From positions 6,463 through 70,462 of the IMG/VR virus record IMGVR_UViG_3300037010_000424: DNA of 64,000 bases; one strand, 5' to 3'. The notes under the pieces were generated by a model. The model did not search any database. It had not been told where the DNA came from and saw only the letters and a program-made list of their open reading frames with translations. This DNA comes from a virus. The position numbers and the translations under genes are program-made. Shown one piece after another: positions 30,251 to 40,546 of the stretch (position 1 is the stretch's first letter; each line of letters opens with the position of its first letter).

Positions 30251-31768
30251 TTAATCATCAAATAAATTTGCAGATGACATAGAGTTTGAATTAGGTAGTC
30301 TAAACAACGCTCTAGAAACTTCACCCACATCTGGTTTAATACCACCCAATTCGAACTTGTAATAAAAATCTCTACGGTTCATAGGGATAAAGTCCCCCTC
30401 TCTTCGTTTGCCTCTTGAGACACACCAGTACGAACTACCGTCAATGTGCTTACATACATTTGAAAGAATCTCCATATCAAGCTCACTGTAGATACTTTTA
30501 GAGTTTTCGTACCAACTACCCTCTGCGAATAACTTTGTGCAATTACTGGGGTTTTCTTTTGCTATAGCTCTAGCTTGAGAGTCTAACTGCGCACCAGTGG
30601 CTAAAGCAATACCTTTAGGGTAGCAGTATGCACGCATAATGTCATATGTCAATGCTAATTTTATATCGTCTCTTGGAGCTGGTGTATGTTTAGCTATTTT
30701 TGTGGCGTAATCAAAGTTACACATGTGAATTTCATATCCGTCTGCAATAATCTTATCTAGTAAACTGATAAGGTTAAATACGCTAAATACGTTAGGGTTA
30801 CATTTGATAAGAAAGACTTTGTAACCAGTGTCATCAAAATACTCCCTTATGTATTCACTTGCTTCATCTTTTACAATTTTACCTAACGGCGTGTAGTTTC
30901 CAGTCTCTCTCCAATGTGCACGTTGGTATAAAACAGGTACATCTTGTTCAGTGGTGGTTTCAACACTGACTCGAACAATGGCTGGAATTTTGGTTGGGTC
31001 AAATAACCAAGGTTTAGTAAATTTAGGGACATTTAAAGTTAAGTCTAATAGGTGTCCAGTCTTATATCCAAATGACACAGCCCCGATGTTATACGTCCAA
31101 CCTCTAATTAACCCCCCGCCAATAGCATCGTTTAAACCTTGGTATCCAGTGTTTAACATACCCTTTTCATCGTTCATGGTAATACCACGATCTAATGCTT
31201 TAGCGATGTCTGCAATGTTACCAAAGTCAACAATAGTTTCAACTCCTGGAATTTCTTCTTGACTCATCCCAGTATTAAGGTCTGATAACTCTGCAATAAC
31301 TTCATTTAGGAAAGGCTGCATTTCTAAGAATTCACCACTAAAACTAATTTTAGCGTTCGCCTTCTGTAATGCTTTTCTTGCATTATCTTTTTTAGTAATG
31401 AATCGTAGCTCATTGATGATAGATGAAATACGCCCATCTAACTTGTCTGGATTAACCTCTACGCGAAGTACCTTTTCAATAACAGCCATGTATTCTGGAT
31501 TATCTCTACAGTTAATTCGCATTCTACCGATGACATCTTCTACATCGTGTTTAGTGTCAATAGTGTAGAGCATCCATTCAGCTGAGTCCCTAAGGTTTTC
31601 TATAATGTTTTCATCACTACCAACCCCCATTGTAAACTTAGGGTCAATTTTAATCTTATCTAATATCCGTTTTACCTCATCTTTAATGTGATGTGAACCT
31701 CCCTCTTTATAACCACATAAGAACAAAAGGGTAATGACTTTAATTAATCTTAAAACTTCGTTATCCAT
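30251..31768 (-). CDS. dnaB: DnaB-like replicative helicase (phiKZ gp118-like)
   Basis: LNTGYQGLN, Walker-A-like GAVSFGYKT, SVE, Walker-B FDY, TGAQL, RGKRR; divergent from the capsid operon. Confidence 0.88.
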   Translation of the reverse strand: MDNEVLRLIKVITLLFLCGYKEGGSHHIKDEVKRILDKIKIDPKFTMGVGSDENIIENLRDSAEWMLYTIDTKHDVEDVIGRMRINCRDNPEYMAVIEKVLRVEVNPDKLDGRISSIINELRFITKKDNARKALQKANAKISFSGEFLEMQPFLNEVIAELSDLNTGMSQEEIPGVETIVDFGNIADIAKALDRGITMNDEKGMLNTGYQGLNDAIGGGLIRGWTYNIGAVSFGYKTGHLLDLTLNVPKFTKPWLFDPTKIPAIVRVSVETTTEQDVPVLYQRAHWRETGNYTPLGKIVKDEASEYIREYFDDTGYKVFLIKCNPNVFSVFNLISLLDKIIADGYEIHMCNFDYATKIAKHTPAPRDDIKLALTYDIMRAYCYPKGIALATGAQLDSQARAIAKENPSNCTKLFAEGSWYENSKSIYSELDMEILSNVCKHIDGSSYWCVSRGKRREGDFIPMNRRDFYYKFELGGIKPDVGEVSRALFRLPNSNSMSSANLFDD

Positions 31769-31855
31769 AATACCGAACTACCTCTATATTTTTTGTTTGT
31801 TATATTTATGTAACAACCGCTAACCTATCTAACACGACACTAGGAGCTATAGGAT

Positions 31856-32329
31856 GTGAAAAAACTATTATATTTAAACGGCACACAACTCGCATTGCTT
31901 TCACAGCAGGGTGTTAACCTTAATACTCTAACAGTTGATAAATTAAAAGACATTCTCGTAGATAGTGATTTTATTAGTATCTGCGAGGCGACTGCCACGA
32001 TGTGTTCAAAATTCAGTTTTATTAATAGACTTGGACTAGAACTAGACCTAGATTGGTTACAGAGTATCTGCTCCAGCTTTTATCAAAAAAATACAGAACC
32101 AGATATACATGGTTTAACCACACCACCAGCAGGAACTATCTTTGGTGCCAATTGTACAACCGACAACGTTCTGTTACTGTACCCTATGGAATCCGAATAT
32201 ATTAATGAGTATGATATGTGCAAGCATTCGCGATTAAACGTCTTGTCTGCTTTAACGAAAATCATGATTTTTAAAGAACTTAAACAGTTAAACATATTTA
32301 AGTCTGCATTTATAGCAGAAGGAAAATAA
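31856..32329 (+). CDS. Putative virion protein upstream of the capsid gene (gp119-like)
   Basis: 157 aa; synteny. Confidence 0.55.
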   Translation: MKKLLYLNGTQLALLSQQGVNLNTLTVDKLKDILVDSDFISICEATATMCSKFSFINRLGLELDLDWLQSICSSFYQKNTEPDIHGLTTPPAGTIFGANCTTDNVLLLYPMESEYINEYDMCKHSRLNVLSALTKIMIFKELKQLNIFKSAFIAEGK

Positions 32330-32331
32330 CA

Positions 32332-34626
32332 ATGGCCTACTTCGGACAGAAAACAGTAGATAGCGCATCTGTATTAGCAAGATCCGCTATCAAAAATATC
32401 GTGTTAACTAACACCGCTCTACTTAACAAAGAAGATATACACGGGTTTTGCGGATTGGAAGCACTTACCGACAGACGAAAAATGCCGGAGTTCCTTGGCA
32501 AAGTGAACGAGATGGTCGATGTGTTAAAACGCGATAAAGACGTCTCGGCATGGATTAGAAGTTTAGCCGTACCTGACCGTAACTCGGTGTACTTTGGTTC
32601 AAGCGCAGCCCAAGCTGTCGCAGGTATGGAATCGATTAGAGACAGTTGGCTCGATGACGCATTCCAAACATTAGCAGTTTCAGTAATGTCACAGATGGCA
32701 CCACATGAAACAGTAAAACAATACAATGGTCTTTGTCCACAAGCCGGCAACGAGCGCATTGCTCATAGCTTTCAAGGTTCACCATCATTGGCTAACTTGG
32801 ACAACCCTGCTTGGGGCGAGAAATGGGGCTTAGAATCATTTGACCCAATTCAACATTTAGATTTTATTGCATCTTCAGCAATGATTAATGCACAAACTTC
32901 TATTCCTGGTGGGTTTGAAGATGTTTGGTTTCCAGCCATTTCATTACCACCCGGTCAAGCTGGTTATGATGTTCAGATCCAAGTTCCTAAAATTCTGATT
33001 ACACGTTATCGCAACACTTCTTCTGGAGCACCGTTACTGTTGCAAAAAGTGAACTTGGTTGAAGCTTCGTATAACCCAGCAATTATGGCTTCGAACAGCA
33101 TTGACATCGTCCCAATTGCCACCTCTGCCACGGAACCTTCACAGCTAACTCCGGAATCCAGAGTTCCAGCGTGGGACGTTGAGATCTTAGGTGAGAAAGT
33201 TAAAACTCGTCCAATCGTATTCAATGAAGAAGTTGGTTTAATCGAACTCGCTACCTTTAGAGGCATTGAGAACGGTGGTACAATGGATACAACCGACTCC
33301 CTATATACCAACATCGGTATCAAAACTATCTTCTTTGAACTGACCGTAACAACTGGTAAAAACACAGCTACTCCAGTTGTTAAACGCGCCGTAATTAAAA
33401 ACGATGTAACTAATGTCGTTGGTACACTACTGCAACAAAAGACGTTGGGTCGCCCACAAGGTTTACAAACCACCGCCGATGTACCGATGTACATTAGTAG
33501 CGATTTTATTCCTGTCTCAGGTGACACAAACGCTGACATTATAAGCGCACTCCGTAACATTTTAGGTTTATCAGCGGGTGCGAAATTTACCGTACAAGGT
33601 TCCGTTCGTTTATCTTCTACTGCTGATTCTGAAATCGGTAGCATGAACGTTGACCAAGCGCAACCAAAAGTCGTTAGCGTATTCGGTCCGATTAAATCTG
33701 GACAAATCCCAGTAACGTATGACATTTCTGCATTAAACACAGCTTCCACTAGTGTAACCATCACTATGGATAGTTGGTATCCTTCAGCCAAACGTACTAA
33801 CTCAAACTTACGTACCAACGGCACAATTATTGATGCAAGTAACGTTGTTAACTATCGTTTACCCATTAACGTGTTTCCACCATTTACTGCTCGTACAGCA
33901 CTTAACACAACCGACCAAGTTACATTTGAAACATTAGCAAATGTTACCCAATTGTGGGTGTCTGGACAATGTGTTGAAAAACTGATACAAATGGAAGATT
34001 GGTTAACTGAAGTGTCTGGCACCCCAATGGGTGTTGGCGTAATGACTAATCAGTGCCCAATTATGGGTGGCGAATTTGTTATACCAACTATTCGTAATGA
34101 TTTTGTCGATTTACAGGCGTTGGTGAAAAACTGGCAGTCTAAAGATACATTGGTTAATATTCGTTCTGCTATTCAAGGTAGCATTATGTATAACTCTTTG
34201 TCGTTGTACATGGACTCAGGTTATTCTTCTGCGATGCAAATGTTGTTATCTGATTTGGATGCGTATGAAACAATCGTCGTAACTGATCCTTTGATCGCAC
34301 AATACTTTATGGAACCCGGTGACATCAGAACTTTCGGTGACAATCGCAAGTACATCATTACCAAATCTAACAACAAAGACATTCGTGGTAAAGTGTATTA
34401 CTCGTTCCGTTTAGTTGGTTCAGGTGATTTAGTGCATCCGATGACATTTGGCTGTAGATTACAATCTCCAAACATCACGTATGAAGTGGTGCCAATGGCT
34501 CGTAACGGCGCAACATACCGCGAAATTCAATCTATGCCACGTGTAGTACCTTACGCTAACTTACCAGTGTTAGGCGTTATGCACATTCGTGGTCTGGATA
34601 CATTCGCTAGCTCACCTGCGCCATAG
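32332..34626 (+). CDS. Major capsid protein precursor (phiKZ gp120-like)
   Basis: 764 aa; propeptide ending WGLE|SFD; RTNSNLR, TDP...GDIRTFG and C-terminal NLPVLG; strong codon bias. Confidence 0.92.
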   Translation: MAYFGQKTVDSASVLARSAIKNIVLTNTALLNKEDIHGFCGLEALTDRRKMPEFLGKVNEMVDVLKRDKDVSAWIRSLAVPDRNSVYFGSSAAQAVAGMESIRDSWLDDAFQTLAVSVMSQMAPHETVKQYNGLCPQAGNERIAHSFQGSPSLANLDNPAWGEKWGLESFDPIQHLDFIASSAMINAQTSIPGGFEDVWFPAISLPPGQAGYDVQIQVPKILITRYRNTSSGAPLLLQKVNLVEASYNPAIMASNSIDIVPIATSATEPSQLTPESRVPAWDVEILGEKVKTRPIVFNEEVGLIELATFRGIENGGTMDTTDSLYTNIGIKTIFFELTVTTGKNTATPVVKRAVIKNDVTNVVGTLLQQKTLGRPQGLQTTADVPMYISSDFIPVSGDTNADIISALRNILGLSAGAKFTVQGSVRLSSTADSEIGSMNVDQAQPKVVSVFGPIKSGQIPVTYDISALNTASTSVTITMDSWYPSAKRTNSNLRTNGTIIDASNVVNYRLPINVFPPFTARTALNTTDQVTFETLANVTQLWVSGQCVEKLIQMEDWLTEVSGTPMGVGVMTNQCPIMGGEFVIPTIRNDFVDLQALVKNWQSKDTLVNIRSAIQGSIMYNSLSLYMDSGYSSAMQMLLSDLDAYETIVVTDPLIAQYFMEPGDIRTFGDNRKYIITKSNNKDIRGKVYYSFRLVGSGDLVHPMTFGCRLQSPNITYEVVPMARNGATYREIQSMPRVVPYANLPVLGVMHIRGLDTFASSPAP

Positions 34627-34653
34627 TTTTAACTGTTAGTAAGTAGATATATG

Positions 34654-34685
34654 CACCCACTCAGACAGTAGTGTCTGAGTGGGTG
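34654..34685 (+). terminator. Hairpin terminator after the capsid gene
   Basis: CACCCACTCAGACA-gtag-TGTCTGAGTGGGTG. Confidence 0.82.
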
Positions 34686-34707
34686 TTATTCGTTTTTATC
34701 TTAAACA

Positions 34708-34717
34708 TATATTATCT
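34708..34717 (+). promoter_or_regulatory. Early-type promoter TATATTATCT
   Basis: Recurring motif. Confidence 0.72.
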
Positions 34718-34763
34718 AAGTGAACTAATTACTAGTTTACATTTAACTCAATAGGAGAAGCGT

Positions 34764-35330
34764 ATGAAATATGTATTTCAAAGATTTACAATGGCTATAG
34801 TGTTTACAATGGCGTCTTTTAGATTTTATAAAGATAGCATTGTAAATGAACAACCGTCTGCACTATGTTTATACTGGGCGTTCATTGCAACAATTTATGT
34901 AAGAGAGTTGGATAAAATAAAACCCGCTAATAAAGTTTTTACTAAATCAATCTTGTCTAATGCAACACATGACGTTAATGTACATAGTGCAAAATTAGAT
35001 ACATTAACTGACGAACAGGTGTTGGTTTTGTGTAAAATAATTAAGTACGAAATGGCACCCTTAATAAAAAGATACATACGTGGAAAAATTTCTATATTCA
35101 AACTATATAGAGTTTTTGATTACCATTTACTTGATACCGAAAGTGTTTACCACAATCGATTGTTGGACCTTGGGACTAGTGTGGATACGTTGAACTCCGT
35201 CCACGCATATTTATATTCGACAATGCGTTATATCGTGTTAAGTGGTTCTGTTGAATGGTTTCAGCGTATAACAACGCTGTATTCAGAAAACGTAATTAAA
35301 TTTTCACAACCGTTTAATTTTATAGCTTAA
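34764..35330 (+). CDS. Accessory hypothetical protein with a hydrophobic N-terminus
   Basis: 188 aa, AGGAG ribosome site, own promoter and terminator. Confidence 0.7.
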   Translation: MKYVFQRFTMAIVFTMASFRFYKDSIVNEQPSALCLYWAFIATIYVRELDKIKPANKVFTKSILSNATHDVNVHSAKLDTLTDEQVLVLCKIIKYEMAPLIKRYIRGKISIFKLYRVFDYHLLDTESVYHNRLLDLGTSVDTLNSVHAYLYSTMRYIVLSGSVEWFQRITTLYSENVIKFSQPFNFIA

Positions 35331-35367
35331 TACACCCACCAGACTATTTCTGTCTGGTGGGTGTATT
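35329..35367 (+). terminator. Hairpin terminator
   Basis: AATACACCCACCAGAC-tatttct-GTCTGGTGGGTGTATT then a T run. Confidence 0.82.
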
Positions 35368-35391
35368 GTTTTTTCAGTAATTTAACAGACA

Positions 35392-35401
35392 TATATTATC
35401 T
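35392..35401 (+). promoter_or_regulatory. Early-type promoter for the gp122/nvRNAP operon
   Basis: TATATTATCT upstream of the operon holding the non-virion RNAP subunit, as expected for an early promoter. Confidence 0.75.
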
Positions 35402-35432
35402 AAATGACACTAGTTAGACATTGGATATTAAA

Positions 35433-36503
35433 ATGGAAGTTGTAAAAAGTGTACTCTCAGAAAAGAAACTAATACTTAATAACGCTAGAGGATGTTCAGT
35501 AAGTTCTACATATGTTAACTTTTCAAGTTACTATTTAGCAGTGTGTTTCAGAGATGGAACTTACACTATTTTGTCACCTAATGCAAACGGGGTAAGTGCA
35601 GATTTATTAGTTATCGAGCATAACAAAACGAATCACGTAGATGGTATCTTAACGATAGATGGGGATGAAGACCCTATCTTAAACCACATACGTGACGGTC
35701 TATCAAAATCTAACGGGAAATATGTTACATGGGAAGAAAGAGTTAATATAGATTGTATTATAAAAGCACGTGGTGGTGTGTACATTTCAAACTTAGACGT
35801 CTATGTTGGGATAGCTACCCAAATGGAAAGTATACACTTCCACCCTTATAGTTATCAACACGCTTTAAATTCCATGTTAAATCATGGAGAGGACTTTGAT
35901 ACCGCATCACAGATAAGCATTCGATTGCAAATAATCGACAACCAAAAACCAGGTGTAGATTACTACACTATATTAAATAGCAACATCGTTCATTTAAAGA
36001 GCGAAAGGAGTCTTATAAAGGGTAATGGATTTTATATAAGTGGAATGCCGGAATTGCAATCGGCGCAGGCAAACAAACTACGATGTGTACAAATCGTTAG
36101 TTTAGAAAAAGCTCTGTCTAAAGAATCGTTGTTTACACTGTTTACGACCCTAGCTGAAGCTACAGTGGCTGTAAATGAAAACATAACCCGTACATCTCAA
36201 AACAAGTTAGATACCACACAACATGAAAAGGTTATACTTGAAATAAAAAGAGAGGTAGAAATATTGCAGCAAGAGAACCAATTGTTAAACACTAAACGGG
36301 TCCAGAAAGAAACTGAACTTAAAGACTACAAGGTTGAGCAGGAGAAATTACAACAAGATATAAAATTTAACTATGATCTACGGTTACAACAACTGAAGGA
36401 GGAAGCTACAGTTAAAAGTAGTGAAGCAAAATCAACGATGGAGTATTATAAACTAGCAGGGGCTATATTGGGGTTCGGGTTAATAGTGGCGAAGCTTATA
36501 TAA
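35433..36503 (+). CDS. Conserved protein with coiled coil and C-terminal membrane anchor (gp122-like)
   Basis: GGVYISNLDV...HPYS, long coiled coil, terminal hydrophobic helix; precedes nvRNAP. Confidence 0.68.
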   Translation: MEVVKSVLSEKKLILNNARGCSVSSTYVNFSSYYLAVCFRDGTYTILSPNANGVSADLLVIEHNKTNHVDGILTIDGDEDPILNHIRDGLSKSNGKYVTWEERVNIDCIIKARGGVYISNLDVYVGIATQMESIHFHPYSYQHALNSMLNHGEDFDTASQISIRLQIIDNQKPGVDYYTILNSNIVHLKSERSLIKGNGFYISGMPELQSAQANKLRCVQIVSLEKALSKESLFTLFTTLAEATVAVNENITRTSQNKLDTTQHEKVILEIKREVEILQQENQLLNTKRVQKETELKDYKVEQEKLQQDIKFNYDLRLQQLKEEATVKSSEAKSTMEYYKLAGAILGFGLIVAKLI

Positions 36504-36561
36504 ATTTTAAAGGACGTTAACCATGATGTGTTTGTCTAAATTACATTTATAGAGGGGCTAT

Positions 36562-38160
36562 ATGGATTCGAAGATGTTAAAGTATTGTAATGAAAGAGTT
36601 GCACAGTTAAATACGGATATTATTACCTGTGTGGCTACTACTCAGTTAAACAAAGTGGAGGTGTATGTTGACTGGGTGTGGAAGTGTGCAGCCAAGGGTT
36701 TTCCTGAGGGGTTAAAGTATAAGGGTGGTAGACGGTGCACTCCGCGTGAAACGTTTGCTGAGTTAACTAAAACCGGTACACCTAGCCGTATTTACGATAT
36801 GGCTAGATCTGATGTATACTTGATGCGGTATGACTTCGAATACAAGGGTGTAAAACTAAAACCTAAACATATATTTTTACCCTTTATAAACGAAGGTGGA
36901 CTAATGTTTATCCGTGACACGCAGTATAGCGTGACACCAGTTATCAGTGGGAGAGTATTTAACATAGAACAAAGTAACATTTACTTGCCGTCCACCCGAT
37001 TACGTATGGGGTTTTGGCAAATAAACATTTCATGTTTAGTAAATGACATGGAAATTAACCCATACGCAGTAGGCAGTTATCTCTTTTCAATTTATCCGGA
37101 AACAGATAGATCCCCATTAAAACCACTATTAATACACTATTTGTTAGCTAAGTATGGGTTGGCTAAAGTTTTAAAGTTTTACAAACTGAATGCAAAAGTC
37201 GGTGGACCAGAATTAGATGAACTGGATAAATCAAAATGGTTCGTCTTCAAAAGTAAATTAATACATACTGCTGCGTTATATGAGGGTAGGGCACCAGAAA
37301 CAAGAATTGCTGTGTCTTGTGAAACGTATTACACGTTGGCAAGTAACATTGTCGCTAGCATATTTTACATAATGGACAACGCTGCTGAGGCAACAGCAGA
37401 GTTAGATGAGTTAAACAACCCTAATCTATGGCTTCGGTTATTAGACTTTTTCATATACAAGGAGCAGTGCGGCGAAACAAAACTGAAAGAACGAATGACA
37501 AAACATTTGGAGTCAATGGAATCTACCATTGACTCCATTACAATTGATACGTTTAGACGAGCCGGAGTGGACTCTAACACAATCTTTGAACTGTTCCGAC
37601 ACCTTACCCTTAACTTTCAAGATATGTGCGTACATTACGACTATGGAACGATGTATGACTTGCAGTTGTGTACAGTGGAACCAGTGACATTTGGTGTAAG
37701 AAAAGACATTTTTAACACGATGTACATCTTACAGAAAACGCCGGATATATATCTAGAAGAGGCTAAGATAACTAGTATAATTTCTAAAAATATAAAACGT
37801 GACAGGATTTTAGATTGGAAAGGACATGGGGAACTGGAACCAGTAAGCGTGGCATCGTCTTGCATGGTATTTGGTCCATCGGCTGATTTAATCACACACA
37901 GAAAAGCAACAGGGGTCTCTGGTGATGGAATGGTAGACTTGAATGATAGAGGTCTATTAATGCACCAGAGTTTATTAGAAATCGCATCAGTGCACGCGTG
38001 TACAGGTAAGGATTTTACGGGGAGATCTATAGCCAACCCGTATCAGAAGTTTTCAAATGGCTATGTTACACAACCGTCACCAGATACTAAAGGTCAATTA
38101 GATAGACTTGGTGCACAATTAAAACGAGGAAAACATTTCAATGAGGTTAATATATGCTAG
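36562..38160 (+). CDS. Non-virion RNA polymerase beta subunit, N-terminal part (phiKZ gp123-like)
   Basis: FPEGLKY, RCTP, ARSDVYL, IFLPF..GG.MFI..TQY.V.PV, terminal GR...NPY. Confidence 0.85.
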   Translation: MDSKMLKYCNERVAQLNTDIITCVATTQLNKVEVYVDWVWKCAAKGFPEGLKYKGGRRCTPRETFAELTKTGTPSRIYDMARSDVYLMRYDFEYKGVKLKPKHIFLPFINEGGLMFIRDTQYSVTPVISGRVFNIEQSNIYLPSTRLRMGFWQINISCLVNDMEINPYAVGSYLFSIYPETDRSPLKPLLIHYLLAKYGLAKVLKFYKLNAKVGGPELDELDKSKWFVFKSKLIHTAALYEGRAPETRIAVSCETYYTLASNIVASIFYIMDNAAEATAELDELNNPNLWLRLLDFFIYKEQCGETKLKERMTKHLESMESTIDSITIDTFRRAGVDSNTIFELFRHLTLNFQDMCVHYDYGTMYDLQLCTVEPVTFGVRKDIFNTMYILQKTPDIYLEEAKITSIISKNIKRDRILDWKGHGELEPVSVASSCMVFGPSADLITHRKATGVSGDGMVDLNDRGLLMHQSLLEIASVHACTGKDFTGRSIANPYQKFSNGYVTQPSPDTKGQLDRLGAQLKRGKHFNEVNIC

Positions 38161-39668
38161 ATAGATTTCGTACGGGGAATAACTCAGGTGGCAGTACACA
38201 ATCCACAACGTTGTTAGCTGACACAATAGCACACTTTGCAGACAAGTATAAGCTAAATGAACAGGAGTATCGTGACTTCATTACAGTTATTGAAACGCAG
38301 TTTGTAGAAGTGTGGGAAGATTTAAGTCCATCGGTGGGGGCAAACACCGATAGTTTCATGGATGCGTTAGTTTTAAGTATGTTAGGTACAGCGATTCCGG
38401 AGTTTACAAATCCAAGTAGTCAGTGGTATTCCCCAGAGATTGTAAAGTCTGCCACTATGGTTAACTCGTTAGATAAAGCTAGAGCCCAACAGCGGCAACC
38501 ACAAAGAAGTAGCAAGCATTTGTCTAACGTAGGTGTAGCTCGTAATGTCCAACAAAGTCACAGTCGTGGTGGCGGAGCATATTCTACGCACGGTAGTCGT
38601 AGAGGGGAAAATAGAAAATCGAGTAACTTAACCCAGGATGAAGATATGTTCGACAAAAAACATTACCACGGCACCGTTGGACTACCGCACACATCGGTTC
38701 CATTAAAGCAAACTCCCGGTGGAACAAAACCTGTACCGAATGTTATTGTTAGACGTGTAGCTGTTCCGGTAGTATCTGACAGAAGTGAAGAGTTTGAAAA
38801 GAATGACAACTCTAACATAGACCAACTAACACACGAACCCAGTGTCGTAAGTTACCAATTAGATACAGCTAACGATTTACTAAATTCTGATACACCATGT
38901 TTATATAAGTGGTGGGTAGAAGAACACATGGTATATGGTAAAAACACAGCTACTCCAGAGTCCGATGAACGCATAACCAGCATTTTTAATTCGTTTGCTG
39001 AGATTGACAATTATGATACGTTGATCGATCTAATAAGGGAGTTAGGAGCATTGGGTAAGTCTGAAGTCATAATGTGGCTTTCTAACAGAATCACTGATGA
39101 AATATTACAGTTCATCCAACGCAATTACGAATGTAGTGAAAATTTGGTATGCACACATTACCTACGAAAACCAGAAGAATCGTTAGCCGAGTTAGGCACG
39201 TTCGGTATTAAGGACATCGTAGTTAGTCAAATATTATTTATTTTTCGTAAACTATTTAAAGATTGGGCATTCCTAGTTTTACGTCCAGTTGACACAGTCG
39301 TATCTGAACTAGCTGAACTCAATGCGGAGTCTGGCATTGGATCAGCAAAGAAACATTCAGTTACAACCACTGTAATTTTACGGTACCCTAAATCGATACT
39401 CACTATTCCGATAATAGCTTTATATTACAAACATGGAGTTGCAGAATTGGAGATTAATGATAAATCGCTGTACGTACTAAATGCCAACCCTGTGGTTAAG
39501 ACTGATGCGATTGACGCATTAATCCAGAACGTGTTTAGTAAAATAGACCATCCGTATGACCACGAGTTATTAATAATGGATAAAACATTAACACTTTACA
39601 GAACATTTAAGTTGCGGGATGAACCGCCAACAGAAGTGTTTTATGAAATAGAACGTTTGACGTTATAA
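38154..39668 (+). CDS. Hypothetical conserved phage protein
   Basis: 504 aa, overlaps the nvRNAP stop; disordered central region. Confidence 0.65.
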   Translation: MLDRFRTGNNSGGSTQSTTLLADTIAHFADKYKLNEQEYRDFITVIETQFVEVWEDLSPSVGANTDSFMDALVLSMLGTAIPEFTNPSSQWYSPEIVKSATMVNSLDKARAQQRQPQRSSKHLSNVGVARNVQQSHSRGGGAYSTHGSRRGENRKSSNLTQDEDMFDKKHYHGTVGLPHTSVPLKQTPGGTKPVPNVIVRRVAVPVVSDRSEEFEKNDNSNIDQLTHEPSVVSYQLDTANDLLNSDTPCLYKWWVEEHMVYGKNTATPESDERITSIFNSFAEIDNYDTLIDLIRELGALGKSEVIMWLSNRITDEILQFIQRNYECSENLVCTHYLRKPEESLAELGTFGIKDIVVSQILFIFRKLFKDWAFLVLRPVDTVVSELAELNAESGIGSAKKHSVTTTVILRYPKSILTIPIIALYYKHGVAELEINDKSLYVLNANPVVKTDAIDALIQNVFSKIDHPYDHELLIMDKTLTLYRTFKLRDEPPTEVFYEIERLTL

Positions 39669-39669
39669 A

Positions 39670-39707
39670 TATGAGACCCATACTCACTAGTGAGTATGGG
39701 TCTCATA
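39670..39707. terminator. 38-bp perfect palindrome between convergent genes
   Basis: TATGAGACCCATACTCACT|AGTGAGTATGGGTCTCATA. Confidence 0.85.
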
Positions 39708-39718
39708 ATTAACAACAC

Positions 39719-39991
39719 TTATTTTTTTTTGTTACTACCAGATAACTTTTCTATCATCTGGTTAATCTTTTTCTCATCCTTACGTTTACCCCACCATATA
39801 GTAAACCGTCTATACCCATTGTATAACTGAGCTACACCCAAAAACATACCCACCACATACTTAAGTACATCCGAGACTTCCCCAAATTGGTAATTGTCCG
39901 TTATCGTTTCATGCACTATGTGCACATAATCCAAACCAGATTTTACTTGGTCTAAACTATCTGGCGGTAATGAAAGCTTATTTAGATCCAT
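39719..39991 (-). CDS. Small membrane protein (holin candidate)
   Basis: One hydrophobic helix and a highly basic C-terminus. Confidence 0.5.
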   Translation of the reverse strand: MDLNKLSLPPDSLDQVKSGLDYVHIVHETITDNYQFGEVSDVLKYVVGMFLGVAQLYNGYRRFTIWWGKRKDEKKINQMIEKLSGSNKKK

Positions 39992-40002
39992 ACAACACCC
40001 CG

Positions 40003-40542
40003 TTATGAAATGCTATTAAGCACCCCGCATAAATATAACCCCACAGCAACTGCGTCTATGCTATCGGGGTCTAATGTGTGTGTATTCCCGATAACGTTTT
40101 TTATATTCCTTTCTAAAATCGCTGTCCTGACTAAAGATTTATCTCCAGACCCCCCACTCACACCTAAGTTTTTTTTAACTAATGCCGCAGGTACACGCTC
40201 GAACAACAACGCTTCATCGTATTGAAACACAGTATTCTCTAACGTTGTCAAAACGGTAACTAAACCCTCAAATGCCGCAGGGCGTTTAGGGTTCCAGAAT
40301 GGAATCTCAGACCCAACTAAAGTCGGATTAAATAGATTTAGAATTTCCTTAAATTTTATAGTTAAAGCGTTTAATCTAGCATACCTTTCACCATGTGTAT
40401 CGACTATATATCCCGACTCCTTTATTAAAGCGTCAGTGAATATAGTTTCAACAAACAGTATAACTATTTCACCGAGTTCATCGAGTTCTAATATAGCAAC
40501 TCCACATTTGTGTAATCCGGGGTCTATAGATAATATTTTCAT
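40003..40542 (-). CDS. ruvC: RuvC-like Holliday junction resolvase
   Basis: ILSIDPG...G, catalytic E in SEIPF, VKKNLG...GDK, DSIDAVAVG. Confidence 0.92.
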   Translation of the reverse strand: MKILSIDPGLHKCGVAILELDELGEIVILFVETIFTDALIKESGYIVDTHGERYARLNALTIKFKEILNLFNPTLVGSEIPFWNPKRPAAFEGLVTVLTTLENTVFQYDEALLFERVPAALVKKNLGVSGGSGDKSLVRTAILERNIKNVIGNTHTLDPDSIDAVAVGLYLCGVLNSIS

Positions 40543-40546
40543 TGTG

